Below, piece by piece: positions 51,946 to 62,181 of a stretch of 64,000 bases of DNA. The DNA lies in contig OW818691.1 in assembly GCA_942493285.1 (NCBI GenBank), positions 1,234,321 to 1,298,320 on the forward strand, given 5' to 3'. A program made the translations under genes and the position numbers. Each line of letters opens with the position of its first letter. Within the stretch, counting starts at the first letter, position 1. The DNA is from an uncultured Myxococcia bacterium. Its GTDB lineage: Bacteria; Myxococcota_A; UBA9042; PHBI01. The notes beneath the pieces are model-generated. The model saw only the letters and a list, made by a program, of their open reading frames with translations. It made no database searches and was not told the DNA's origin.

Positions 51946-53124
51946 ATGCACACGGAACCTACACGGCTCATCTCTCCATCCGTTCAGGGGGTGATTCGGC
52001 AGTTCGCGCCCAGCTACATCGCGAAGCATGGCAAGGGGTTACCCCTGTCGCATCGCAAGGCGCTTCGCCTCCTCTCTCAGTGTCGAACGGTCGCGCTTGG
52101 CGGTCACGTGGTCGAGTGCGGCAACTGCAAGGTGCAGGACTACACCTACCATTCTTGCGGCCACCGTTCGTGCCCTCGCTGCATGTCGGAGGACTGTGAT
52201 GCGTGGCTTGGCGCTCGCCGGAGTGAGCTGTTGCCGGTTCCTTACTTCCACGTGGTGTACACGGTGCCGGAGGGGCTGAACGGCGTGGTGCGGAGTCATC
52301 AAGGGGAGCTGTATCCAGTGCTGATGCAGGCGGCTGGTAACTCGCTTCTCGCAGTTGCAGCCGCGCCTGAGAACCGGGGGGGTAGGGTAGGGGTGATGTC
52401 GACGCTGCACACGTCGTCGAGTGCGCTGGCGTACCACCTTCACGTGCACTGCCTTGTCCCGGCGGGGTCGGTCGATGCAGAGGGCGAGTGGCATGACGCG
52501 AAGGACTCGCGCCTTGGGTCAGAGAGCGCGCTGGGCAAGGCTTTCCGGGACAAGGTCGGTTCGATGATGAAGGCCGCAGTCCCCGACGTTGCGCTGCCGG
52601 ACGGGGTGTTCGACCTCGCGTGGAAGGTGCATCTCGAGGTACCGCAGCACGGGGCGGAGACGGTGCTTCGGTATCTGGGTCGCTCGGTTCACCGCGGCCC
52701 GATGAGTGACCACCGCATCGTGTCTGTGACCGAGACCCATGTCGTGTTCAAGTATCGGGACAAGGACCGCACGAAGGCCAAGACGATGTGCTTGGACGGC
52801 CACGAGTTCCTGCGCCGCTTCCTGCAGCACGTCTGGCCCGACCGGGTGCACAAGGTGCGCTACGCCGGTCTGTGGAGTCGGGGCTGTCGTCCGCAGCTCC
52901 GCGCACTCAGGCAGCGACTCCTGGCAGCCATGCAAGTCGAGCCACCTCCCGCGGTTGGGGAACCGAAACCGCTGCTACCCCCTGAGCCCGTCCTACCTCC
53001 GTGGCGTCGCTGCCCTCACTGCCAGGCGGAGCGGTTCATCGTGGCTCGCTTCAAGGCGGGAACCACCCCACCACCCCTGGTGGACCCGCTGCAGGGCACA
53101 CTACCCGGGATAGACCCTCCCTGA
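51946..53124 (+). CDS. IS91-family transposase (copy 3)
   Basis: 392 aa. Confidence 0.8.
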   Translation: MHTEPTRLISPSVQGVIRQFAPSYIAKHGKGLPLSHRKALRLLSQCRTVALGGHVVECGNCKVQDYTYHSCGHRSCPRCMSEDCDAWLGARRSELLPVPYFHVVYTVPEGLNGVVRSHQGELYPVLMQAAGNSLLAVAAAPENRGGRVGVMSTLHTSSSALAYHLHVHCLVPAGSVDAEGEWHDAKDSRLGSESALGKAFRDKVGSMMKAAVPDVALPDGVFDLAWKVHLEVPQHGAETVLRYLGRSVHRGPMSDHRIVSVTETHVVFKYRDKDRTKAKTMCLDGHEFLRRFLQHVWPDRVHKVRYAGLWSRGCRPQLRALRQRLLAAMQVEPPPAVGEPKPLLPPEPVLPPWRRCPHCQAERFIVARFKAGTTPPPLVDPLQGTLPGIDPP

Positions 53125-53546
53125 TGGCGAAGCGACGGCCCTTCCGAGTATCCCGTATCCCGTCACGACCTCACGCACGAACGTGCGGTCGTCTCGCAGA
53201 GATCTGCCCTGTGAACGCCACCGCAAGCCACTCCACGACCGATTTCGAGCGTCGGGAGCGTTCCACGCACCACGAGTCCTCCAGACTGCCGATCAGACTG
53301 CTCTACGGACCCGAAACCGAGGCCTCTTTGACCCGAAAAGGAGGCGATTCGGCTCCCCTCAGAGGGGCCTGCGAGGGGGCAGAACATATAAAATGCAGTA
53401 GGTCACCTCGACCGCTACTGGCAAGGGTCTGCGAGCATTCGCCGTCGTCTCGAGGACTGGCCTTTCTTGGCCACCGCACTCACCGCAGGCCCCCGAAGCC
53501 CAATCAGCTGGAGTCGAGGCGCTAGCGACTTCAGACGTGCGGGGAC

Positions 53547-53638
53547 AACAAGCGCATCGAACTGACGCGGCCTAATCGCGATGGGGCCTATCAGCCCCAT
53601 CGCGATTGATCGGCCGCGCAGCTCATGCGCAGGACGTT
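53547..53638 (+). repeat. attC-like palindrome, copy 20
   Basis: Full-consensus copy. Confidence 0.9.
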
Positions 53639-53756
53639 GTCCCGCGAAGCCTGCTCCTTTCACAGCTGGACTGGCCGCGAAGCCTGCTCCTTTCACAGCT
53701 GGACTGTCCGCGACGCCTTCTCCGCTCTCACTTGGAGTCTCTGTCATCCATGCGCG

Positions 53757-53980
53757 AGGTGGACTCGCCGTCATCTATCCTCGGGGTGGACTCGCTGTCG
53801 TCCATCCTCGGGGTGGACTCGCCGTCATCCATCCTCGGGGTGGACTCGCCGTCATCCATCCCCGGGGTGGACTCGTCGTCGTTCATCCTCGAGGTGGACT
53901 CACCGTCGTTCATTCTCGGATTGGGCTCGTCGCCGTTCATTCTCGAGGTCGACTTACCGTCGTTTATTCTCGAGGTTCAC
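53757..53980. repeat. 27-bp tandem repeat (GGTGGACTCGCCGTCATCCATCCTCGG, ~9 units)
   Basis: Same family as cassette-14 repeats; preceded by a 36-bp direct duplication (53643-53712). Confidence 0.85.
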
Positions 53981-54002
53981 CGGGAAGCCTCCTCCGCTCT
54001 CA

Positions 54003-54450
54003 GCTGGACTTGGGATGTGACAGCCATGGCTGGACTTGGGATGTGACAGCCACGGCTGGACATGACAGCCACGGCTGGACATCGGAGGTGACAGCCACGG
54101 CTGGACATCGGAGGTGACAGCCACGGCTGGACATCGGATGTGACAGCCACGGCTGGACTTGGGATGTGACAGCAATGGCTGGACTTCGGATGTGACAGCC
54201 CCGGCTGGACATCGGAGGTGACAGCCACGGCTGGACTTGGGAGGTGACAGCCACGGCTGGACTTGGGATGTGACAGCCACGGCTGGACTTGGGATGTGAC
54301 AGCCACGGCTGGACCTGGGAGGTGACAGCCACGGCTGGACCTGGGAGGTGACAGCCACGGCTGGACTTGGGAAGTGACAGACGTGGCTGGGCTTGGGTTG
54401 AGATAGCCTCGGCTGGACTTGAGATGTGACAGCCATGCCTGGGCTTGGTC
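54003..54450. repeat. 26-bp tandem repeat (GGCTGGACTTGGGATGTGACAGCCAC, ~17 units)
   Basis: Period 26 counted. Confidence 0.85.
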
Positions 54451-54490
54451 ATAGCGGCTCGAGCCTGTGGGGCTCGGGTGGTTCGTGATG

Positions 54491-55192
54491 CTATTCGAGT
54501 TGGGTTGTGCAACGCCAGACACCGGCAGACCGGTGGAACGCAGCAATTCCATACTCAAGCCAATCGATCGGCAGGACGTGATCGACGAGGCTAATTTGGA
54601 ACGCGAAGCCTTGTACGCCCATCGCGCCCTGAATGTCTGCAGCGTAGCCGCCGACCTTGGTGTGAGAGTCGGGCGAGAGTGAGGTTGGAAGTGTTCCCAG
54701 AAACTCGAGAAACTCCTCCAGCTCTTCCTCCGACATCGCCGCAACGTCGTCCAACTGACTCAGCGCTTCCTCGACATCACCATATTGCGGGCACTCCTCA
54801 TGAAGCGTCCAAGAGAGAAGCGTAATTGGTGTCGTATCCTCGTCCGCCGGCGTTGGAAGCGGCTGCAAGTCAGTAAGGCTCGTGTATTCGCGAACCACCC
54901 ATCCGTCACCATTCTCACCTTCACCCGGCATCTCGTCGTCTTGAGGGAGGAAGAGCTGGATCGCAGCCAACCCTATTAGGCTGGTCGGCACTGCTGGCAA
55001 CTCGTCGATGCGAATCCAGAGGCAGGGCAAAAGGGGCCTATCAAACCACATCGGGCGAATCTCGCCAGCTAGTCCGAATCCAGGTCCGCCAAGGCACGAC
55101 TGGAGCGATGCCTGCTTTCCTTCGCTGAAGTTTGCGACCGACGATGGTCGCAGTAACCGCTTGGCAAGGTTCGAGAAGAGGTTTCGGTTCAT
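54491..55192 (-). CDS. Hypothetical protein
   Basis: 233-aa ORF; acidic stretches; no recognised motif. Confidence 0.35.
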   Translation of the reverse strand: MNRNLFSNLAKRLLRPSSVANFSEGKQASLQSCLGGPGFGLAGEIRPMWFDRPLLPCLWIRIDELPAVPTSLIGLAAIQLFLPQDDEMPGEGENGDGWVVREYTSLTDLQPLPTPADEDTTPITLLSWTLHEECPQYGDVEEALSQLDDVAAMSEEELEEFLEFLGTLPTSLSPDSHTKVGGYAADIQGAMGVQGFAFQISLVDHVLPIDWLEYGIAAFHRSAGVWRCTTQLE

Positions 55193-55567
55193 GGTCGAGA
55201 TGTCCAGTGGGCCGTAGTGTCGTGGTCGGTCGGCGCGTCGGAAGAACGTGTGCTTTGACTATCCGAGTTTGCCTCGGGAGACAAGGTGGCTCCGGTCAAA
55301 GAGTCTGCAAACAGATATGTGCAAGTGCAGGGTGATAGTAGGAGCGAATGAGATGCGACGCCCGCAAAGCGACTGTCGGGCAAGCTGTTCCGCGTGCACT
55401 CAGAAGGCTCAGGGCCAGAGTCTACAGTCATGTCGGGCGCACCGTCGTGACGGTGCCCTATCGGCCCGGGAGGGCGCGAACCCGGGGGGCACAACTCGCC
55501 TTCGCGCGTCGCCCTCCAACCATTCTCTCCTCTCATCGCGCCAATGCATGCGTGGCTTCGCGGGGAC

Positions 55568-55659
55568 AACAAGCGCATCGAACTGACGCGGCCTAATCGC
55601 GATGGGGCCTATCAGCCCCATCGCGATTGATCGGCCGCGCAGCTCATGCGCAGGACGTT
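55568..55659 (+). repeat. attC-like palindrome, copy 21
   Basis: Full-consensus copy. Confidence 0.9.
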
Positions 55660-56058
55660 GTCCCGCACGAGGCCTGCTCGTTCCCTCGCCTTCCTCACCG
55701 CCTTCCTCCGAGAGCGACCCGCATCCCTCAAGGCCGCTGCTCCGCCTGCAGGCCCCTGTCGTCTCCTTGCCCTACACGCCGGACTCGCTCCTGGACGGAC
55801 GTGCATCCCTCAAGCCCCCGATGCCGGGTCGGTTCCTGGCCCTACGCCTGGCGTTGCTCACTGGGCCGCATCCCCCTCGCAGGGTTGCTCCTCGCGCTCG
55901 CGGTTGAGGTCGCCAGAGTGTCCCAATCGGAGAGACACCTGGCACACTTGGGACAGTTGCGGGACACTTTCGCGAGAAATAGCTGCGTGTTTTCAAGGGG
56001 CTGAGGTTGGCCCGGCTCTTGCTCATGGGTTCGCGTTTCCCAACACGAGAACCCGGTT

Positions 56059-57237
56059 ATGCACACGGAACCTACACGGCTCATCTCTCCATCCGTTCAG
56101 GGGGTGATTCGGCAGTTCGCGCCCAGCTACATCGCGAAGCATGGCAAGGGGTTACCCCTGTCGCATCGCAAGGCGCTTCGCCTCCTCTCTCAGTGTCGAA
56201 CGGTCGCGCTTGGCGGTCACGTGGTCGAGTGCGGCAACTGCAAGGTGCAGGACTACACCTACCATTCTTGCGGCCACCGTTCGTGCCCTCGCTGCATGTC
56301 GGAGGACTGTGATGCGTGGCTTGGCGCTCGCCGGAGTGAGCTGTTGCCGGTTCCTTACTTCCACGTGGTGTACACGGTGCCGGAGGGGCTGAACGGCGTG
56401 GTGCGGAGTCATCAAGGGGAGCTGTATCCAGTGCTGATGCAGGCGGCTGGTAACTCGCTTCTCGCAGTTGCAGCCGCGCCTGAGAACCTGGGGGGTAGGG
56501 TAGGGGTGATGTCGACGCTGCACACGTCGTCGAGTGCGCTGGCGTACCACCTTCACGTGCACTGCCTTGTCCCGGCGGGGTCGGTCGATGCAGAGGGCGA
56601 GTGGCATGACGCGAAGGACTCGCGCCTTGGGTCAGAGAGCGCGCTGGGCAAGGCTTTCCGGGACAAGGTCGGTTCGATGATGAAGGCCGCAGTCCCCGAC
56701 GTTGCGCTGCCGGACGGGGTGTTCGACCTCGCGTGGAAGGTGCATCTCGAGGTACCGCAGCACGGGGCGGAGACGGTGCTTCGGTATCTGGGTCGCTCGG
56801 TTCACCGCGGCCCGATGAGTGACCACCGCATCGTGTCTGTGACCGAGACCCATGTCGTGTTCAAGTATCGGGACAAGGACCGCACGAAGGCCAAGACGAT
56901 GTGCTTGGACGGCCACGAGTTCCTGCGCCGCTTCCTGCAGCACGTCTGGCCCGACCGGGTGCACAAGGTGCGCTACGCCGGTCTGTGGAGTCGGGGCTGT
57001 CGTCCGCAGCTCCGCGCACTCAGGCAGCGACTCCTGGCAGCCATGCAAGTCGAGCCACCTCCCGCGGTTGGGGAACCGAAACCGCTGCTACCCCCTGAGC
57101 CCGTCCTACCTCCGTGGCGTCGCTGCCCTCACTGCCAGGCGGAGCGGTTCATCGTGGCTCGCTTCAAGGCGGGAACCACCCCACCACCCCTGGTGGACCC
57201 GCTGCAGGGCACACTACCCGGGATAGACCCTCCCTGA
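56059..57237 (+). CDS. IS91-family transposase (copy 4)
   Basis: 392 aa. Confidence 0.8.
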   Translation: MHTEPTRLISPSVQGVIRQFAPSYIAKHGKGLPLSHRKALRLLSQCRTVALGGHVVECGNCKVQDYTYHSCGHRSCPRCMSEDCDAWLGARRSELLPVPYFHVVYTVPEGLNGVVRSHQGELYPVLMQAAGNSLLAVAAAPENLGGRVGVMSTLHTSSSALAYHLHVHCLVPAGSVDAEGEWHDAKDSRLGSESALGKAFRDKVGSMMKAAVPDVALPDGVFDLAWKVHLEVPQHGAETVLRYLGRSVHRGPMSDHRIVSVTETHVVFKYRDKDRTKAKTMCLDGHEFLRRFLQHVWPDRVHKVRYAGLWSRGCRPQLRALRQRLLAAMQVEPPPAVGEPKPLLPPEPVLPPWRRCPHCQAERFIVARFKAGTTPPPLVDPLQGTLPGIDPP

Positions 57238-57659
57238 TGGCGAAGCGACGGCCCTTCCGAGTATCCCGTATCCCGTCACGACCTCACGCACGAACGTGCG
57301 GTCGTCTCGCAGAGATCTGCCCTGTGAACGCCACCGCAAGCCACTCCACGACCGATTTCGAGCGTCGGGAGCGTTCCACGCACCACGAGTCCTCCAGACT
57401 GCCGATCAGACTGCTCTACGGACCCGAAACCGAGGCCTCTTTGACCCGAAAAGGAGGCGATTCGGCTCCCCTCAGAGGGGCCTGCGAGGGGGCAGAACAT
57501 ATAAAATGCAGTAGGTCACCTCGACCGCTACTGGCAAGGGTCTGCGAGCATTCGCCGTCGTCTCGAGGACTGGCCTTTCTTGGCCACCGCACTCACCGCA
57601 GGCCCCCGAAGCCCAATCAGCTGGAGTCGAGGCGCTAGCGACTTCAGACGTGCGGGGAC

Positions 57660-57751
57660 AACAAGCGCATCGAACTGACGCGGCCTAATCGCGATGGGGC
57701 CTATCAGCCCCATCGCGATTGATCGGCCGCGCAGCTCATGCGCAGGACGTT
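57660..57751 (+). repeat. attC-like palindrome, copy 22
   Basis: Full-consensus copy. Confidence 0.9.
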
Positions 57752-57799
57752 GTCCCGCCGAGCCCTGTTCCGCGTCCGCTCGTCTTGTTCATCTACCGG

Positions 57800-58448
57800 C
57801 TCAACTGGCCTCACATTTGTACAGCCCCAGCTGGACTCGCAGGTGTAACGCCTCGGCTGGACTCGCAGGTGTACCGCTTCGGCTGGACTCGCAGGTGTAC
57901 CGCCTCGGCTGGACTCGCCAGTTGTACTGCCCCGGCTGGCCTCGCCAGTTGTACTGCCCCGGCTGGATTCGCAGTTCTACCGTCTCGGCTGGACTCGCAT
58001 TTGTACCGCTTCGGCAGTTGTAGCGCCTCGGCAGTTGTAGCGCCTCGGCAGTTGTACTGCCTCGGCTGGACTCGCAGTTGTACCGCGTCGGCTGGACTCG
58101 CAGTTGTACCGCGTCGGCTGGACTCGCAGTTGTACCGCGTCGGCTGGACTCGCAGTTGTACCGCGTCGGCTGGACTCGCAGTTGTACCGCGTCGGCTGGA
58201 CTCGCAGTTGTACCGCGTCGGCTGGACTCGCAGTTGTACCGCGTCGGCTGGACTCGCAGTTGTACCGCGTCGGCTGGACTCACAGTTGTACCGCGTCGGC
58301 TGGACTCGCAGTTGTACCGCGTCGGCTGGACTCGTAGTTGTACCGCGTCGGCTGGACTCGCAGTTGTACCGCCTCGGCAGTTGTACCGCGTCGGCTGACT
58401 CGCAGCTGTACAGCCCCGGCTGGACTCGCAGTTGTACAGCCCCGGCTC
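57800..58448. repeat. 26-bp tandem repeat (GGCTGGACTCGCAGTTGTACCGCGTC, ~25 units, central units near-identical)
   Basis: Period 26 counted; largest minisatellite in the window; begins ~50 bp after attC. Confidence 0.9.
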
Positions 58449-58656
58449 GCTGGATTCGTTGTGTCCCACGCGCGACCTCTCGCACATCAACGTCCAGGCC
58501 AAGTGCCCGTGGAGCGTTGGGGGCAACACCACGATGCGCGTCTCAGGTCGGTGGACGAGGATGTTTGAACTCGACAGCCGAGTCTTCCCGCTTCGACGAT
58601 CTCAGCTCACCAGGGTAGGGCTGTTCGGCACCGCAAGACTCTGCTATGGCGTCGAC

Positions 58657-59637
58657 ATGGTCGTCATCGTTGCCGTCGTTGTCATCATCGTCGCGATTGC
58701 GTTTGGTCAGATTCCTGACCCACTCCTGCACGCGCTCATCATAGGGCATACGAGCCTCGCAATTACGCCACCGCTAGGTGCAACGGCGCTTGTACTCTTC
58801 GGGCCCGAGCAGAAGACCAATGGCTTCGCTTACATCGCGCTGACGCTCTGGGCCATTGCTCTCGCGGCCGCGATCGGCGCGTCGATTTCCTCTGCCTCGG
58901 GGTGGGGGACCCTTATCAACATCGTTTTTGAGTCTCCAACCGCGGTTCTGTGGGGCCACATCGCGAACATCACCGCACTCAGTGCGCTGACGATTGGAGC
59001 GCTCGTCGGGGCGCGAGCTGCTCAGAGACGAGCGCGATTCACGACCAACGCCCTATTGCTCACTGCACTCGTCGGTGGGTTTGCGGTTCTGCGGCGATTG
59101 ATTGCGGGCCCGCTCGGGGACCCCGGAGACAACGGCCTTACCACCGCTGCAGCACTTATGCTGCCTGCCGTGGGCGTGCTCGGGAGCGCGGTCCATACCC
59201 AACGCTGGCGCGGCCCATCGCTCGCATGGGCTATCGTCGCACTCTCGACGCTTGGTGCAGGCCTCGTCAGGACGCTCATCGATCTCCCCCGGGACTTGCC
59301 CGTAGAGGAAGTAGTCCACCTCGATTCGTCGCCGTTCTACTACTTCTTCTTCACGGCAGTCGCTGGCCTTCTTGGAGGCATCGTGGTCTCGCGAGCGGAG
59401 GCGTTCGGGCGCAGAGCATTGTGGACCGCGGTCGGGTTCGCGCTCGGCGCACACACTCTCTGTGCGGTCGAGGTAATCGGCGCGGGTAGCCTTTCGAAGA
59501 ATCTCGCGGACGACGTGTTCGCATACATGATGATTCCCAAAATGCTCGGTGGGGTCCTCGTTTTGTCAGTCGCACTTTGGGTTCTATGGTCGTTGCGGGG
59601 CGGCTCCAGGATTCAACGTGAGGCGGCAAAGGCCTGA
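58657..59637 (+). CDS. Hypothetical polytopic membrane protein
   Basis: Multiple hydrophobic helices (MVVIVAVVVIIVAIAF, FAYIALTLWAIALAAAIGA, ALLLTALVGGFAVL...); start placed at first Met after the repeat tract. Confidence 0.4.
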   Translation: MVVIVAVVVIIVAIAFGQIPDPLLHALIIGHTSLAITPPLGATALVLFGPEQKTNGFAYIALTLWAIALAAAIGASISSASGWGTLINIVFESPTAVLWGHIANITALSALTIGALVGARAAQRRARFTTNALLLTALVGGFAVLRRLIAGPLGDPGDNGLTTAAALMLPAVGVLGSAVHTQRWRGPSLAWAIVALSTLGAGLVRTLIDLPRDLPVEEVVHLDSSPFYYFFFTAVAGLLGGIVVSRAEAFGRRALWTAVGFALGAHTLCAVEVIGAGSLSKNLADDVFAYMMIPKMLGGVLVLSVALWVLWSLRGGSRIQREAAKA

Positions 59638-60028
59638 AGATTCCCACAGTATCGGAGGTTGGACTATGCGCCTTGAGAATCCCTCATGGCGCTTGAGCCG
59701 ATGGCCGTGTCTCGACGACGGCGGCAATTTCGCACTCACTTGGTATGGCTTGGCCTTCGCGACCATGGCATTCTTCACCTATCCTTCGACCGCCCTCCGC
59801 TGGCTGGTCAACCGTGGTGGCTCCCTCACGCCCAACGCAAGCCATCGCAGCCCCGAGCGGAACACCTGCAAGTCATCGTACTGACCGCTCGAAAGCACGA
59901 CGTAGCGCACGCGAACGGATGGCACCACGCACGCCAAATGCCCACCGCCATCGACCGATTCGAGTCCGAGACCTACGCGTGACGCCTCCCTCATCGCGCC
60001 ACTGCGGGCTAGCGCGGCCCGGCGGGAC

Positions 60029-60120
60029 AACAAGCGCATCGAACTGACGCGGCCTAATCGCGATGGGGCCTATCAGCCCCATCGCGATTGATCGGCCGCG
60101 CAGCTCATGCGCAGGACGTT
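60029..60120 (+). repeat. attC-like palindrome, copy 23
   Basis: Full-consensus copy. Confidence 0.9.
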
Positions 60121-60596
60121 GTCGGGCGTGTGCAGCCAAGAGGTCCACGTTCGCAGAGGCCGCCCCCTACAGCGGTCAAAACTCCCCCGACGCCGCGACT
60201 TCCACAACCCCGCAACCGACGCCGCGGAGACGCTCCTCCATCCCGCGCCTCTGCTCGGGCCGCTACTTGCTCCGACCTCCCACCTGGTCGCGGCTCATCT
60301 CCTGTTGTCGGGCGTCCACAGCAGGACTGGTCACCACGCAGGACGGCTTCGCCCCGTGGAGTCGAGACCCGGCCCGCCTTCCAGTATGGGCCTGGCGGCC
60401 ACACGCTGGAAGGCCTCAAGCCTCGGCCAGCTCAAACACGTTGGCTTCATATCCAGGCTCAAACGGACACCAACGATTTCCAAATCAGCACGGCCACAAT
60501 CATCCAACGCTTCTCAGCTCAAGCCCTTCTTGCTCCTCTCTACGAATTCGCTCGCGGTTGTTCCCGAATGCGGTCCAGCGCATCGTCACACATCTC

Positions 60597-61919
60597 CTAG
60601 TTTGGTTCGGCATCACCGCTCGGGTCGGCGGCTCCCTCTGTGTCTCGGAAGCTGCCAATGTCCGACTCAACGCAATAGGCGATTAGGCCCGCGGAAAAGT
60701 TGAGCGTCTGGCATGCTGAGCGAGCATCTCGCATGAATGTCGTTTGATTGATCGCAAGCGGGTCGAGATCCGAGCTCAGGTACCCCGTGAACTCCGCTGC
60801 GGTGGCTGCGTCCTGATGCGCGAAGCTGGAAAGAAACGCGTATAGGTCCTTGTGTACATTTCGGAGCGGGGAAAGTTTGCAACGGTCCCCTATCGACCTT
60901 GCAAGGTTGAACTCCTTCTTCATGCCATCAATGGCCGCCTTCGCAGCTGCCTGCGACCATCCCTTCGACAACCAACCTCGGCGGATCTCGTCGAACACTC
61001 CAGTTTGACTTCGATCTCCAAGCTGAGCGGCGTGAGTTAGTATCGGCCCCATTGTCTCGGGAGCTAGCCAGTCGAGGTAGAACATGGTCGCGAGTTCATA
61101 TAGGCTTCGCGCAATTACCAACATCGTTTCGCCTCTCCCTCGTTCCACGAGCAGGTGCAATGCATCGATCGCCCGTATAGCGCGAACCAAAGTCGACGCG
61201 ACGACGTAGTGGTAATGCGTTTCTGCCTCCTCTGCGTGGACCTTCCTCAACCTCTCGAGAAGTCGCTCTAGGCGAATGCGGTTCGTTTCTAGGATCTCGC
61301 CAGCTGTCGTGCCGGGACGCGTAAGCTGGAGTTCGGAATCGAGTTGGAGCTCGGACGGACGAGTAGAATCGAGGTGAAAACGCTGAGTCTCAGGATCATC
61401 AATTCCGACAAGCACCAGTTCGGCATGGTGATGGTGTTTGGGCTCACCAAGGATGGCCGCCGGAACCTGAGTCGTTCCGAACCTTCGATATGCCTCGAGG
61501 ACTGCAGTATCGTCCGGACAAGCGTACCGAAAGGCAACATCCGTCCTTTCCAATTCGTATAGGTATAGTGGGGGACGTGTTCCGCGCGCCAATGACTGCA
61601 GAACGATCTGAACCAGTTCCTCCGTCACGGGCGGATCCACAACCAAGACAGGAGGCGACGTTTCGGGCCGAAGGAACCCCATCATGACTTCGCCGATTGG
61701 AACTCGTGTTTTCACCAACTTCAGTTGGCCGCGCACCGCGTTGATATAGGCCTTGAGAAAGTACGGATCAGATTCATATTGATCCGTTTCTATGGTTGCA
61801 GGGTCGACTAACACGTATTCCTGCTGTCGACGCAGTCGAGCCAAGGGGACCCCGTCCTTCGAAGGCCGTGTATTGGATCCTTCTTTGTGATAGCTGACCG
61901 GCATCAGCTTCTTGGCCAT
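60597..61919 (-). CDS. Hypothetical protein (441 aa)
   Basis: Start at Met (ATGGCC at 61914-61919 on minus) just inside the degenerate attC remnant; the longer ORF-track call runs through the remnant. Confidence 0.45.
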   Translation of the reverse strand: MAKKLMPVSYHKEGSNTRPSKDGVPLARLRRQQEYVLVDPATIETDQYESDPYFLKAYINAVRGQLKLVKTRVPIGEVMMGFLRPETSPPVLVVDPPVTEELVQIVLQSLARGTRPPLYLYELERTDVAFRYACPDDTAVLEAYRRFGTTQVPAAILGEPKHHHHAELVLVGIDDPETQRFHLDSTRPSELQLDSELQLTRPGTTAGEILETNRIRLERLLERLRKVHAEEAETHYHYVVASTLVRAIRAIDALHLLVERGRGETMLVIARSLYELATMFYLDWLAPETMGPILTHAAQLGDRSQTGVFDEIRRGWLSKGWSQAAAKAAIDGMKKEFNLARSIGDRCKLSPLRNVHKDLYAFLSSFAHQDAATAAEFTGYLSSDLDPLAINQTTFMRDARSACQTLNFSAGLIAYCVESDIGSFRDTEGAADPSGDAEPN

Positions 61920-61959
61920 CTCTCCACTCCACTCGGTTCGGGTTCGACTCAGGCGAGTT

Positions 61960-62007
61960 TGGACCGACTGACGAATTGCGTCAACCTCCGCTGATGCGCA
62001 GGACGTT
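61960..62007 (+). repeat. Degenerate/truncated attC-like remnant (right arm ...gctgatgcgcaggacGTT only)
   Basis: Right arm and GTT retained; downstream 100 bp homologous to 5' leaders of the cassettes starting at 44408 and 60121. Confidence 0.6.
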
Positions 62008-62181
62008 GTCGGGCGTGTGCAGCCAGAACTCGTCGCAATCGAGAGCTCCCCGCGCCACGTAGGCAGCCACCCGACTCGGCACCGTTCGCGCCAAACAGCC
62101 ACCCACACGGCTCCCACGCGCAGCCAGCCGCCCCGCTGGGCTCGCCTCACGCGGCGGGCCGTCGACGCGGCCACGCCAACT

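Larger units (their letters stand above)
51547..53638 (+). mobile_element. IS91-family transposase cassette, copy 3
   Basis: Near-identical 2,000-bp unit. Confidence 0.7.
55660..57751 (+). mobile_element. IS91-family transposase cassette, copy 4
   Basis: Near-identical 2,000-bp unit. Confidence 0.7.

Noticed and set aside
53606-54744. ORFs through the 26-27-bp minisatellites (e.g. 53977-54744 -, 54000-54512 -, 57719-58618 +, 57801-58532 -, 40377-40784 + with His-rich WTHHHPSSG repeats)
   Set aside because: They are composed entirely of repeat units with no flanking non-repeat domain. The frames are not conserved between cassettes (WTHHHPSSG against WTRRHPSSG), and both strands and several frames are open.
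315-62007. CRISPR array, considered because of regularly recurring identical repeats
   Set aside because: The repeats are ~92 bp and 1.8-6.4 kb apart with gene-sized, coding intervening DNA. CRISPR repeats are 24-48 bp with 20-70-bp spacers. The separate 22-27-bp tandem tracts have no spacers between units and so are minisatellites, not CRISPR.
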